A DNA stretch of 32,000 nt. Origin: Promethearchaeota archaeon. Its GTDB lineage: Archaea; Asgardarchaeota; Odinarchaeia; Odinarchaeales; JBHLKK01. The position numbers were made by a program, and so were the translations under genes. The stretch covers positions 20,142 through 52,141 of the forward strand of contig JBHLPL010000003.1 of NCBI GenBank assembly GCA_048939465.1. Reading direction: 5' to 3'. Shown here in pieces: positions 9,625-19,265 of the stretch (position 1 is its first letter; each line of letters begins with the position of its first letter). A model generated the notes under the pieces. The model saw only the letters and a program-made list of their open reading frames with translations. It was not told the DNA's origin and searched no databases.

Positions 9625-10461
9625 TTGAGAATGTTCAAAACAGTTGGAGTAAAAGCTAAACCAGATGAGAAAGCCGTTGAAGTTACAGAAGAGGTTGTTA
9701 GATATTTAGGGAAGCAGGGATTGGAGGTCAGAGTAAGCGAAGAAACCGCTAGGAGAATGACCATCGAAGTTGATGCTGTGAATCTTTCAGAGATGGATGT
9801 AGACTTTCTTATAACTGTCGGCGGGGATGGAACGATCCTGCGTATACTACGAATTTTGCCTCCAGCTTACCCCCCAATTCTTGGAATCAACGTGGGCTCT
9901 ATTGGCTTCTTAGCCGAGATTTTCCCGGAAGATATGTTCGATGCATTAGATAAGGTCCTGAAAGGAGAATTCGTGTTAGAAGAAGCATTTCAATTAGAAG
10001 CAGTTCTAGACGGCCAAAAGCTTCCCAAAGCATTGAACGAGGTCGCAGTTATGGGCAAGCAATTAGGCAAGATTCAGCGATTAGAGGTTTATGTAAACGG
10101 CAATTTCATCAATACAACTTTAGGCGATGGTGTTATCGTAGCCACTCCGACTGGCTCGACGGCCTACTGCCTGTCCTCAGGCGGGCCCATTATTGAGCCC
10201 AGTTTAGAAGGATTTGCGATAGTTCCAATTTCTGCGTTTAGAACAAGTATGATTCCTTTGGTTGTACCATCGTCCAGCGAAGTGAGAATCCAAGTGACCA
10301 AATCAAACAAAGATGCAGTTGCGATTGTGGATGGGCAGCATCAAACCATACTCAAGCCAGGAGACGACATTATTGTTCAGAAGGCAGAGACTTTTGTCCC
10401 ATTTATCCGTTTTGAAGGATCATTCTACAGACGCTTGAGAGAAAAATTCCTTATCAGGTGA
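9625..10461 (+). CDS. nadK: NAD kinase
   Basis: GGDGT, LNE, GDGVIVATPTGSTAY motifs. Confidence 0.96.
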   Translation: MRMFKTVGVKAKPDEKAVEVTEEVVRYLGKQGLEVRVSEETARRMTIEVDAVNLSEMDVDFLITVGGDGTILRILRILPPAYPPILGINVGSIGFLAEIFPEDMFDALDKVLKGEFVLEEAFQLEAVLDGQKLPKALNEVAVMGKQLGKIQRLEVYVNGNFINTTLGDGVIVATPTGSTAYCLSSGGPIIEPSLEGFAIVPISAFRTSMIPLVVPSSSEVRIQVTKSNKDAVAIVDGQHQTILKPGDDIIVQKAETFVPFIRFEGSFYRRLREKFLIR

Positions 10462-10467
10462 CTGATT

Positions 10468-10986
10468 CTGACGGAGAGTAAACCAGTAATATTAGTTCTA
10501 GATACAACTGCATTTGTAAGCGGCTTTAATCCGCAGATGAGTGAGTTAGATCAGATGACAACATCTACGGTTATAGATGAACTGGGCGGCTCCAAAGCTA
10601 AGTTGGCAGTACAAGTGTCAATATCTTCAGGTAAGATCAGGATTGAAGATCCCGACCATGTCTCAATAGATGTGGTCAGAAAAGCTGCACGTGAAACAGG
10701 AGACATATCCTCCCTTTCTGAAACCGACATTCATGTCCTGGCACTGGCCCACAATCTTAAATCAAGGGGGACACCAATAATCGTTACAGACGATTATTCC
10801 ATGCAGAATGTAGCGAGAGAACTTGGAATAAGATATCAAAAGGCAATCCAATGGGGGATAAGGAGGAAGCTGAAATGGCAACTCTACTGTCCCTCATGCT
10901 ATGCGAGATATGATCCAGATTACCGCTCTAGAGTGTGCGAAGTATGTGGTGCGCTCCTAAAAAGAAAGCCTGTCGGCAAACAATAA
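10468..10986 (+). CDS. nob1: Nob1-like PIN endonuclease with C-terminal Zn ribbon; probable CTG start
   Basis: Frame extends upstream of ATG 10537 to include the PIN motif VLDTTAF; LSETDIHVLALA, TDDYSMQN, CPSC..CEVC. Gene identity is firm; the start position is inferred. Confidence 0.88.
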   Translation: MTESKPVILVLDTTAFVSGFNPQMSELDQMTTSTVIDELGGSKAKLAVQVSISSGKIRIEDPDHVSIDVVRKAARETGDISSLSETDIHVLALAHNLKSRGTPIIVTDDYSMQNVARELGIRYQKAIQWGIRRKLKWQLYCPSCYARYDPDYRSRVCEVCGALLKRKPVGKQ

Positions 10987-11043
10987 AACGTAATAGGGTG
11001 TTTATCCTTTCTAATGAAGGAGGACGTTTGGGAGGATTCGAAT

Positions 11044-12072
11044 TTGGGTGTTGACCTCAAGGACTTGGTTTTACCCAAAACTACCAATCTTGAGCAGTTG
11101 GCTGGAAAATCCATTGCAATGGATGCTCACAATACACTATATCAATTTCTCGCAACTATTCGACAGCCAGACGGAATGCCACTAATCGATAGCAAAAAGA
11201 GAGTCACATCGCATCTAAGCGGTTTGTTCTATAGAACAATCAACTTAATTGAAAAGGGAATTAAACCAGTATACGTTTTCGACGGGGTTCCTCCCGAATT
11301 GAAGCTAAGAACGATTAGGGAACGAAGAAAAGTTCGTCAGAGGGCAGAGAAAAAGTGGAAAGAGGCTTTGGAACGTAGAGATTTGAAGACCGCAAGGAAA
11401 TACGCTCAAGCAGCAATAAGATTGACAGAAGATATGGTTGATGAAAGCAAGAAACTTCTTGCAGCCTTGGGCATTCCTTATGTTCAAGCACCGTCTGAGG
11501 GTGAGGCTCAAGCGGCCTACATAACGGTAAGGGGTGATACCTGGGGAGCTGGAAGTCAAGATTGGGATGCCCTATTGTTTAATGCTCAAGTCTTGGTCCG
11601 CAATTTGACTATAACGGGTCGTAGAAAATTGCCTGGCAAAAATGTATACATAAAGGTCGACCCTGAACTAATTGTTGGATTAGAAGTCCTGAATAAATTG
11701 GAGATAACCAGAAATCAACTTATCGACATAGGCATACTGATTGGAACGGATTATAATGAGGGCGTAAAGGGAGTCGGAGCTAAGACAGCGCTGAGTCTGA
11801 TCAAGAAATATGGAAACTTGGAGAAGATAATTGATGTAAAGGCTTTCCAAATTGAGCCATCCATACAGCAAATAAGACGTATTTATCTCGAACCTAAAGT
11901 GACTGATAACTATACTATCCGTTGGAAGCCGCCGAATAATGAAAAGATAACCGCTCAACTCTGTGACGATCACGATTTTTCATATGAACGCGTAAAAAAG
12001 GCATTGGACCGACTGGAAAAGTCAATCTCTTCAGGAACTCAAGCAAGCTTGGAAACGTGGTTTGGCAGGTAA
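11044..12072 (+). CDS. fen1: Flap endonuclease-1
   Basis: (M)GVDLKDL start at TTG 11044 after GGAGG; YQFLATIRQPDG, APSEGEAQAA, GTDYN; C-terminal PIP box QASLETWF. Confidence 0.97.
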   Translation: MGVDLKDLVLPKTTNLEQLAGKSIAMDAHNTLYQFLATIRQPDGMPLIDSKKRVTSHLSGLFYRTINLIEKGIKPVYVFDGVPPELKLRTIRERRKVRQRAEKKWKEALERRDLKTARKYAQAAIRLTEDMVDESKKLLAALGIPYVQAPSEGEAQAAYITVRGDTWGAGSQDWDALLFNAQVLVRNLTITGRRKLPGKNVYIKVDPELIVGLEVLNKLEITRNQLIDIGILIGTDYNEGVKGVGAKTALSLIKKYGNLEKIIDVKAFQIEPSIQQIRRIYLEPKVTDNYTIRWKPPNNEKITAQLCDDHDFSYERVKKALDRLEKSISSGTQASLETWFGR

Positions 12073-12130
12073 AATGCCCCAGCTTTCGTAAGGAGTCTTC
12101 TTGCGAGGGATGGAAAGAACTCAGGAAGAC
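12069..12130 (-). repeat. Degenerate copy of an IS200/IS605 right-end-like element
   Basis: GCAAGAAG-ACTCCTTAC-GAAA-GCTGGGGC-ATTTTAC resembles the copies at 17601-17665 and 25485-25550. Confidence 0.4.
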
Positions 12131-12223
12131 GTCTTGATCAATCGAGTCAATCTCAATCAATAACTAAAAACAGCAGATAATACCGAAACTCTGGAGAAAA
12201 GAGGAAAGAAGAATATACCGTGA

Positions 12224-13051
12224 TCACTTCTGCTCAAGGAATTCGTCTCGCATTTTGAACTCTTCAAGGTGCTCCGCACGTTCAACTTCTTCAACTGGGT
12301 TGTACCATATTTTTTTAGTGCCGACGCCAGATCTGACTCTCCACCCAAAAGACTTCCTTTTCTTGTCTATCATTTCCCTGAGCTTGTCGATTCGCTGAGC
12401 TACTAACTGTTTTTGCTTATTTGTGATCACATCGTATTTTTCGAGAAATTTCTTCGCCTTATCTAAATTCGCAGTAAAAGTGTGCCAGAATCCCCAGTCT
12501 TTTGAAAGCAATTTAGCAATACGTTTTCCATTGAAAGTCTCCTTTTCATCTTTATCACTTGCTTCATGTTCCAGAAACAGGATTATGATATCCTTGATAT
12601 CCTTCTCATTAATGAAGACAATTTGTGCTTTTTGCAATAGTAGTTCAGTTAGCGGTATCGTCGGATAGTCTAATTCTAGTTTACCTTTGAAATCAACAGT
12701 GTGATTCATTTCAAGCTTATCAAAGAATACGTCGATGTATGAACGGCCAGCTCCAGTAGCGTCCCGATAAATGCGTCTTGTTATGAACATGAAGGGAGTA
12801 ACATGGCTTTTCTGAGGTTCGTATCCCAGGCTTTTCAAAAACTTGTCGACTTTATCCTCTTGCTTCCAGTATGCCATATAGTCTACATCCGTGAGTTTTC
12901 TGAAGGATTTGTGGATGGCTGCGTTGTTATGGCAATGGATTCTAACCGCGCCCGCACCCATAATCCTTAGAATTATGCCTTGCTCTTTTGCAGCAGCTGC
13001 AATTCTTAACCCCTCATCGAGTATTCGACTGCCTGTGGACAAGTCCGTCAC
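12224..13051 (-). CDS. Uncharacterised nucleotidyltransferase-fold protein
   Basis: IMGAGAV...TDVDY (G-[GAS]...DxD) Pol-beta-like signature; GAGGTGA RBS before TTG. Confidence 0.65.
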   Translation of the reverse strand: MTDLSTGSRILDEGLRIAAAAKEQGIILRIMGAGAVRIHCHNNAAIHKSFRKLTDVDYMAYWKQEDKVDKFLKSLGYEPQKSHVTPFMFITRRIYRDATGAGRSYIDVFFDKLEMNHTVDFKGKLELDYPTIPLTELLLQKAQIVFINEKDIKDIIILFLEHEASDKDEKETFNGKRIAKLLSKDWGFWHTFTANLDKAKKFLEKYDVITNKQKQLVAQRIDKLREMIDKKRKSFGWRVRSGVGTKKIWYNPVEEVERAEHLEEFKMRDEFLEQK

Positions 13052-13098
13052 CTCTTACGATTGCATATACCTAGTTGACTTCGAGTTATTAATCTTTT

Positions 13099-14055
13099 CT
13101 AGCCCGATGTGAACATGTAGTTCTTAATTTTGTTCTCTGTGAGATTTACCATTACGCCCCGCAGTATTCCTTCTCCATATTCACTTCCTGGATTCATGCA
13201 CATCGTTCTGCCAACTTTTATGGCCCCTTTCCCTTCATGAATATGACCAAAAAGTCCTAGTAAAGGTTGATGTTGGTCAACTGCCTTTCGGACAGCTTTG
13301 CTGCCTACAGGAATCATCTTTATTCCATCGGAGCCCATAATAGGTTTGAAGTTCTTATCGAGAAGTGGCGCGTAATCTAAAGGAGTCACATCATAGGGAG
13401 GTACGTGGAAGTTGAATATGGCATTTGGCATATCCTTGATTTTAGCTATCATAGGTTCAAGAATCTTCTCTAGGTCCTCTTCTTCTATGTCTCTAGGGCA
13501 GTGCCAAGGTGTTATGTTTGCATAGCCGCTGCTTACCATCTCGTGATTATCATCGACATAAACGACTTCCCCTTCAGGATCGATGACAAAGTCTGAACTT
13601 CTCAATACCGTGGAAACCTCCATAGTATCATCATTACCTCCAGTCACGTAAACCTTTATGCCTGAGTCCTTCAAACGTTCTTTTGCAAGATCCAGCCAGT
13701 CTCTTAGGACTTTCAGAGCTAGGTCCTCGTAGAGTTTGTCAAGTGCTTTCGGTTTGTCACGTATCTTCTCTACCTCTTCAGGGGTAGTAGTATATGGGTA
13801 GAAACCAGCAGCACGAACATGCTTTATTAGATTGTTTAATTCCTCATCACCCTTTGCATTATATTCAGTTCCGTAGTATTTCGCTCTGTATGATCCATCA
13901 GACTGCTCCACGAGCGGAACCACCATCTTTCCTGTAACGTCCCCGCCCACGATAGCAACATCAGCTTTGTAGATCTTACAAGCGTTCAAGAACTTCCTCC
14001 AACACACTTCTGATCCGTGCAAGTCTGTTACGTAATAGATCCGAGTCATTGCCAT
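13099..14055 (-). CDS. Calcineurin-like metallophosphoesterase
   Basis: TDLHG, GGDVTG, GGNDD, FHVPP, FGHIHE motifs. Confidence 0.9.
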   Translation of the reverse strand: MAMTRIYYVTDLHGSEVCWRKFLNACKIYKADVAIVGGDVTGKMVVPLVEQSDGSYRAKYYGTEYNAKGDEELNNLIKHVRAAGFYPYTTTPEEVEKIRDKPKALDKLYEDLALKVLRDWLDLAKERLKDSGIKVYVTGGNDDTMEVSTVLRSSDFVIDPEGEVVYVDDNHEMVSSGYANITPWHCPRDIEEEDLEKILEPMIAKIKDMPNAIFNFHVPPYDVTPLDYAPLLDKNFKPIMGSDGIKMIPVGSKAVRKAVDQHQPLLGLFGHIHEGKGAIKVGRTMCMNPGSEYGEGILRGVMVNLTENKIKNYMFTSG

Positions 14056-14297
14056 ACCTTACCACCTCTTTGCAAATGTGCCTATAAGGGTCCTAACGCG
14101 TCAGATTTTAACCTATTGGAATTTTGCGCCTATTTAAGTATTTCTGGCTGCTGCAGTCCCTGTGAGGTCTAGACACAAGAGATAAAAATCAAGTTATCGC
14201 AAAAGCAAGGATAGAACTCAGTATCGAGTTTAGGTTCCCTAAGAGGTAGATTCCCAAAAAAAATGGGGAGAAATGTGTTTTAGGCTTACTTTTGGCT

Positions 14298-16205
14298 TTA
14301 GTCTGGTGGAATCTCTTTGAATCGGAGGTCCATAGGAACGCCTTGGCTCTTTCGGTAGTAATAGAATATTGCGTACACAATAAACGGCGAGATACATAGC
14401 CAAAGGACTGTGCCTAGCAGGCTTACCGAGTCTATCGGACCACCAACGAATGTTGGGGCAGTTGTGGCGAATACTGTGAAGGTGCTTAATACTGCCGTTG
14501 CGAAGCCGAGTAGAGATAAGGCAGCCATGCCTTTCATCTTACCGTATGCGTGGAACAGCATGAGCAGGAAGATGATGAACAGTGCAAACAAGACTCCCAG
14601 CGCAAGATAGTCCACCATTGTCGGCGTAGCGCCTGCGAACGCTATAGCAGACATAGCACCGATCCAGACAAGTACGATGCCTACGACGGTCATAACAGCT
14701 GCCATGACCATCAAGCCTAGCCCGGTGCTACCTGTCCACGTCTTCTTGGACAGTTCTGGAGATTTGTCAAAGATATCCCTGCGTCTCCACGGGAAGACGA
14801 TGCCTCCGGCTCCAAATATGACCCAGCCAATGAACCAGAGCGTGATTGTATATAGGATATAGCTTAGGATTGTTGTCAACGTGTAGAATACGTTGAACAG
14901 TACGGAGATAACCAGAGCGAGTAGTACGCAAACGTATGGAGAGCCCCTTCTATCGACTTTTGCAACCCAGTGAGGAAGCAAACCGTCGAAAGACCATGCG
15001 AAGAAGTTGCGCACTGGTCCGAAGGACATTCCCATCACGCTGCCGTATGTAGCGCCTATGAAGCCAAAGCTCACCAAGTGGATCAAAAGCGCGTTATCGC
15101 TCATGTAGAGTGCCGATGTCATTGCGTTAATCATTGCACCATATGCTGAGTAGTCATAACCCGCAGCATCAGCATAGGCATTCATGATCCAAAAGTCGGT
15201 ACCAGCCCCGAAGTATGCGGATCCATAGAATAGCTCCCAGTATACCATGAAAAGCACAATTGATCCTATTAGGGCCAATCCCTGTGAGAATGTAACGCCT
15301 TTGATTTCACCAGCAGCACTTGTGGTGTATGTGGAGCCCAGAGTATTTAGGTTAACGTATGTCGTACCGGCCATAACAGTGCCCCAGTTCGATATGGTGC
15401 CAGGACCAGGCCATGGACCCCAACCTTCGGTCGGACCCAGAGTTGATATAGCAGTCTGATAGGCCGAGTAACTGTCATACGGGAATCGATAGGCCGGATC
15501 CATCCACGCCTTGTTGGCCGGAGACCAAAGAGTGTCTATTCGAGCTTGGACAGCAGCTGGGGTTGTGGTAAAAGCGATCGCCATATAGGCAACCAAACCA
15601 ACCGTTGCAAGAGCCACTGTAATCCAGCTTAGAATCATGCAAACCCTCGCGCCCCGCCACATTATGATGAATGTTGTTATCAATCCGATACAGCCGAGGA
15701 AGAAGATAATCAGTGTGCTTTGCGTTACACTGTATATTTCAAAATCGCTTAGTAGTCTGCCCCAGGCGAGCATGCCGTTGTTTTGGGAGAGTATACCTTG
15801 ATTCCAGAAGATGTTTGCAATACCATAGTTGATGTACCAAATGGTGCATGAGCCACTCCAGGATATCCCTACTAGAGTTAGACACCAAGAGGAGAATAAC
15901 CCTAGGGAAGGATGGAGTGCTCGGCTAATGTACAGATATGTTCCACCGCTTCGAGGCATGCTTACCGAGAAAAGCCAGTATTCAGCCTGAATTGGGAACA
16001 GCATGAAGACTGTCAAAACTGCAAAGGGCATGTCTGCCCCCGGACCTACGGTAATAGGCCCCCAGATGATGTAAAGCATAGCATAAAGAATTCCTGGATT
16101 CATGAATGCATACATCAGTGCATCCCAGGCACTGATGACTCTCGTAAGCCCTGAAGCTTTTCTGATGAAGACTTCCTTCTCTTCACCCATTTGAACTACT
16201 TCCAT
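14298..16205 (-). CDS. APC-superfamily amino acid/amine permease
   Basis: FIRKASGL N-terminus, MPRSGGTY motif, >12 hydrophobic segments; start may be ATG 16190. Confidence 0.9.
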   Translation of the reverse strand: MEVVQMGEEKEVFIRKASGLTRVISAWDALMYAFMNPGILYAMLYIIWGPITVGPGADMPFAVLTVFMLFPIQAEYWLFSVSMPRSGGTYLYISRALHPSLGLFSSWCLTLVGISWSGSCTIWYINYGIANIFWNQGILSQNNGMLAWGRLLSDFEIYSVTQSTLIIFFLGCIGLITTFIIMWRGARVCMILSWITVALATVGLVAYMAIAFTTTPAAVQARIDTLWSPANKAWMDPAYRFPYDSYSAYQTAISTLGPTEGWGPWPGPGTISNWGTVMAGTTYVNLNTLGSTYTTSAAGEIKGVTFSQGLALIGSIVLFMVYWELFYGSAYFGAGTDFWIMNAYADAAGYDYSAYGAMINAMTSALYMSDNALLIHLVSFGFIGATYGSVMGMSFGPVRNFFAWSFDGLLPHWVAKVDRRGSPYVCVLLALVISVLFNVFYTLTTILSYILYTITLWFIGWVIFGAGGIVFPWRRRDIFDKSPELSKKTWTGSTGLGLMVMAAVMTVVGIVLVWIGAMSAIAFAGATPTMVDYLALGVLFALFIIFLLMLFHAYGKMKGMAALSLLGFATAVLSTFTVFATTAPTFVGGPIDSVSLLGTVLWLCISPFIVYAIFYYYRKSQGVPMDLRFKEIPPD

Positions 16206-16369
16206 TCCCTAATTTTGCCTAAAGGGTAGCCATTATGTTGTATATAATAGTTTTGATTCTCTGGAGGGGGAGCAGAGAGAGGCTTTTGGACGTTCTTTGA
16301 TTTCAGCAAAGAGGACGTTAGATTTTTAAGAGTCCTTTAGGCATTAGTAGAAACAAAAAAGGTGAAGAG

Positions 16370-17497
16370 GTGGCTTTTGTGTCTGAATTAATACCGGAGG
16401 TCTTAGTAGCTCCGAGCAGGTATGTGCAGGGTCGCAATTCTATCAAGGAAATTGGTCATCACGTAAAACTGCTAGGTAAGAATGCTCTGTTGATAGGTGG
16501 TACAACAGCCCTATCACTCACCAAAGAGACGATATCTGAAAGCTTGGAAAAAAACGGGGTAAGCATCGTACACATAGAAAGTGGAGTGAAAGAATGTACT
16601 CATGCTACTATTGATAAGTTGACAGAAATAGGATCGAAGAACAGGGCAGAAGTTATAATCGGCGTAGGAGGCGGCAAAGTAGCGGATACATCCAAAGCTG
16701 TCGCTTCCAAGATGAGGGCGTCCGCTGTGACTGTCCCTACGCAGGTGGCAACAAACGCTGACGCAAGCGGGCTTTCGGTAGTTTACACAGAGAAACATGA
16801 ATTTGTGGAATACTTATTCCATCCCAGAAATCCGGATCTTGTGCTTGTGGATACAGCGATCATTGGAAAGGCACCTTCCAAATTCATTAGATGGGGGATG
16901 GGGGATGCTTTGGCGTGTATGTTTGAGGGTGAAGCTTGCGCAGCCGAGCGCACCGCCAAAAACATACCTGGTGGACGAACAACAGAAGCTGCAGTCCAAC
17001 TAACACGATTGTGCTTTGACAACCTCATGACGTACGGATTGCAGGCTGCAAAAGACGCTGACAAAAAAACAATCACGCCAGCCGTAGAAAAGATAATCGG
17101 CTCGGTCAAGCTTCTGAGTGCAATTGGTTTTGAGAGCTCAGGACTGGCAGCAGCCCACGCAACTCACAATGGAATGACCATTCTCCCGGGATTGAAGGCA
17201 GAACATGGACAACTTGTGGCTTTCTGTGTTATTAGTCAGTTGATTCTGGAAGGTAGACCCTCTCACGAGATAGACGAAATAGGTAGCTGGGTACATTCAA
17301 TAGGACTACCAATAACACTTGAGGACCTCGGACTGGCAGCTGTTAAGGAAAACGATCTTTTGAAGGCAGCTGAAAAGGCCTGTGATCCTCATGATACGAT
17401 GGGGAATATGCCTTTGACCATAACTCCTGGGATGGTTCGTGACGCTATAATAGCTGCAGACTCGTGGGGAGCAGATTTCAAGACAAGGTGTGAATAG
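16370..17497 (+). CDS. gldA: Glycerol dehydrogenase-like (GldA family) Zn/NAD dehydrogenase
   Basis: APSRYVQG, GVGGGKVAD, GMGDALA, AHATHNG, HGQLVAF motifs; start may be GTG 16379. Confidence 0.88.
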   Translation: MAFVSELIPEVLVAPSRYVQGRNSIKEIGHHVKLLGKNALLIGGTTALSLTKETISESLEKNGVSIVHIESGVKECTHATIDKLTEIGSKNRAEVIIGVGGGKVADTSKAVASKMRASAVTVPTQVATNADASGLSVVYTEKHEFVEYLFHPRNPDLVLVDTAIIGKAPSKFIRWGMGDALACMFEGEACAAERTAKNIPGGRTTEAAVQLTRLCFDNLMTYGLQAAKDADKKTITPAVEKIIGSVKLLSAIGFESSGLAAAHATHNGMTILPGLKAEHGQLVAFCVISQLILEGRPSHEIDEIGSWVHSIGLPITLEDLGLAAVKENDLLKAAEKACDPHDTMGNMPLTITPGMVRDAIIAADSWGADFKTRCE

Positions 17498-17519
17498 TCG
17501 AAACGCTTTCCTCGCTTCG

Positions 17520-17530
17520 TTCTTTTTTTT
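17520..17530 (+). terminator. Oligo-T terminator after gldA
   Basis: TTCTTTTTTTT ~25 nt after the stop codon. Confidence 0.5.
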
Positions 17531-17600
17531 GGAATTCTATATTTTGGACAAATACTAAGAAAATTCTCCAGACTGTAGCCTTTGGATTATCCTGTAGGGT

Positions 17601-17665
17601 GTGAACTGCTCCACACTTTCGGATGAAGCCTTCTTGCGAAGAGGAAGATAAAATCTAGTTAAGAA
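17601..17665 (-). repeat. IS200/IS605 right-end-like element (solo copy)
   Basis: GCAAGAAG-GCTTCATCC-GAAA-GTGTGGAGC-AGTTCAC; upstream 28 nt align with 25485-25513. Confidence 0.6.
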
Positions 17666-17703
17666 GGAAGACAAAATAAATAGAAAGGGAAGTTTTGATC
17701 TGC

Positions 17704-19026
17704 TTAGAGCTTCCTTTCTACATCGGTCAGTACTTCTTCAAATATGTCCAAGGCTTTGTCTGTATCCTCGTCGCCTACTGCCAGTGGTGGCTTCATCTTG
17801 ATTACGTTCCCAACACCACCTACTGCGGATATGCCAAACAGGACGCCTTTTTCGAGACATCCGACAAAAACGTCTAGTGTTTCATCGGGAGCCGGTTCCT
17901 TGGTGCCCTTGTCCTTGACTAATTCCACTCCTACGAATAAACCAGGACCCCTTACTTCACCCATCATCTTGTGTTTCGGTTGCATTTCTTTGAGACGCTT
18001 TGTCATTCTCTGGCCTTGTCGTGCAGCCTTTTCAGCTAGCTTCTCTTCAAGCAGTACATTGAGTGCGGCTACTGCAGAAGCAGCCAGCACTGGACCACCA
18101 CCCATTGTGAAGATGTGCCATTGACCTGTGTGAAAGACCTCATCTTTCACTAGATCGGATCTAACAGCCGCTGCGGATACTGGCAAACCTCCACCCAGAG
18201 CTTTAGCAGTTGTCATAATATCTGGAGAGAAGTTGAAGTACTCGGCGGCCCAGTTCTTCCCAGTTCGCCCCATACCTGTTTGCACTTCGTCATCTATCAG
18301 CAGGACATTGTAGTCATCACATGTCTCGCGGATTATCTTGAAATAAGTAGGTTCTGGTGGTGTCATGTGACCGCCGTTGCCCTGAATGGGCTCAATTATG
18401 AACGCGGCAACACCATCTTTGGATGATCCCCATTTCAGATGATGCTCCAATATTCTTGCACATTCGAAGTCACAACCTGGATATTTTTGTCCAAAGTAAC
18501 AGCGATAGCAGTAGGAATTTGGAATTTGTGATTGGCCAGGATATCGAACAAAACCCTCCCGATGAGGAGCTTGTCCTAGAAGACCCATAAGGCCGAGAGT
18601 GCCTCCATGGTAGGAGTGATATACTGAAATTACTTCACGTTTTCCTGTAACCTTCATGGCTACCTTCAATGCGGTTTCGTTGGCTTCAGAACCACCACAT
18701 GAGAAGTAGGACATTACGTTGTCTCTTAGTTTTCCAGGACAGATTTTTGCAAGCTTCTCACCCAGTATAGCTCTCGGTTCGTTTGTGAACATCGTCAGAG
18801 TATGTTGTACCTTTTCTAACTCATTTTCGACGGCTGCTATCACCTTTGGATGGCTGTGTCCTATGCCCAGAACACCTGCTGTTTGTGATAGGAAGTCTAA
18901 ATATTCTTTTCCCGTAGAATCCCAGAATTTATCTCCTTTTGCTCTTTCTATTACAATGTCTGAGAATCCCCAGCCATGCATAACGTATTTTTTGCTCTTT
19001 TCTACCCATCCCATCTTTTTCCTCAC
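17704..19026 (-). CDS. Class III PLP-dependent aminotransferase (GabT/AGXT2-like)
   Basis: GGSEANETA, SYHGGT, IEPIQGNGG, DEVQTGMGRTG, TAKALGGG (PLP Lys). Confidence 0.93.
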   Translation of the reverse strand: MRKKMGWVEKSKKYVMHGWGFSDIVIERAKGDKFWDSTGKEYLDFLSQTAGVLGIGHSHPKVIAAVENELEKVQHTLTMFTNEPRAILGEKLAKICPGKLRDNVMSYFSCGGSEANETALKVAMKVTGKREVISVYHSYHGGTLGLMGLLGQAPHREGFVRYPGQSQIPNSYCYRCYFGQKYPGCDFECARILEHHLKWGSSKDGVAAFIIEPIQGNGGHMTPPEPTYFKIIRETCDDYNVLLIDDEVQTGMGRTGKNWAAEYFNFSPDIMTTAKALGGGLPVSAAAVRSDLVKDEVFHTGQWHIFTMGGGPVLAASAVAALNVLLEEKLAEKAARQGQRMTKRLKEMQPKHKMMGEVRGPGLFVGVELVKDKGTKEPAPDETLDVFVGCLEKGVLFGISAVGGVGNVIKMKPPLAVGDEDTDKALDIFEEVLTDVERKL

Positions 19027-19114
19027 CTATTTTCTCTTGTTTTTTTGTAAAAATGCAATTATTTGTGGTAGTATATAAGATTTTGGAGCAGAAAGAAACG
19101 CCGCTTTTGAGATA

Positions 19115-19131
19115 ATATTGACTTGCAATAT
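19115..19131. promoter_or_regulatory. Palindrome between the divergent aminotransferase and AOR promoters
   Basis: ATATTG-N5-CAATAT; TATA-like boxes at ~19071-19079 (minus) and ~19182-19188 (plus). Confidence 0.4.
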
Positions 19132-19265
19132 GACATTTTGCGTGCTTTCGCCAGTTCTTGACTCTGATTTATCAAAAAAACATATATACCATATTCATGA
19201 AAATAGTACGAACCCGACCAAAACATAAGTGGATTACTCAAAAGTGGGAAAAAGGAGGAAATCTT

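Noticed and set aside
19158-19265. N-terminal extensions from the ORF track (aor 19158; also ef1b 5911, fen1 11014, gatC 25194, pus10 28062)
   Set aside because: They run through promoter or intergenic DNA; downstream starts have SD motifs and match family N-termini.
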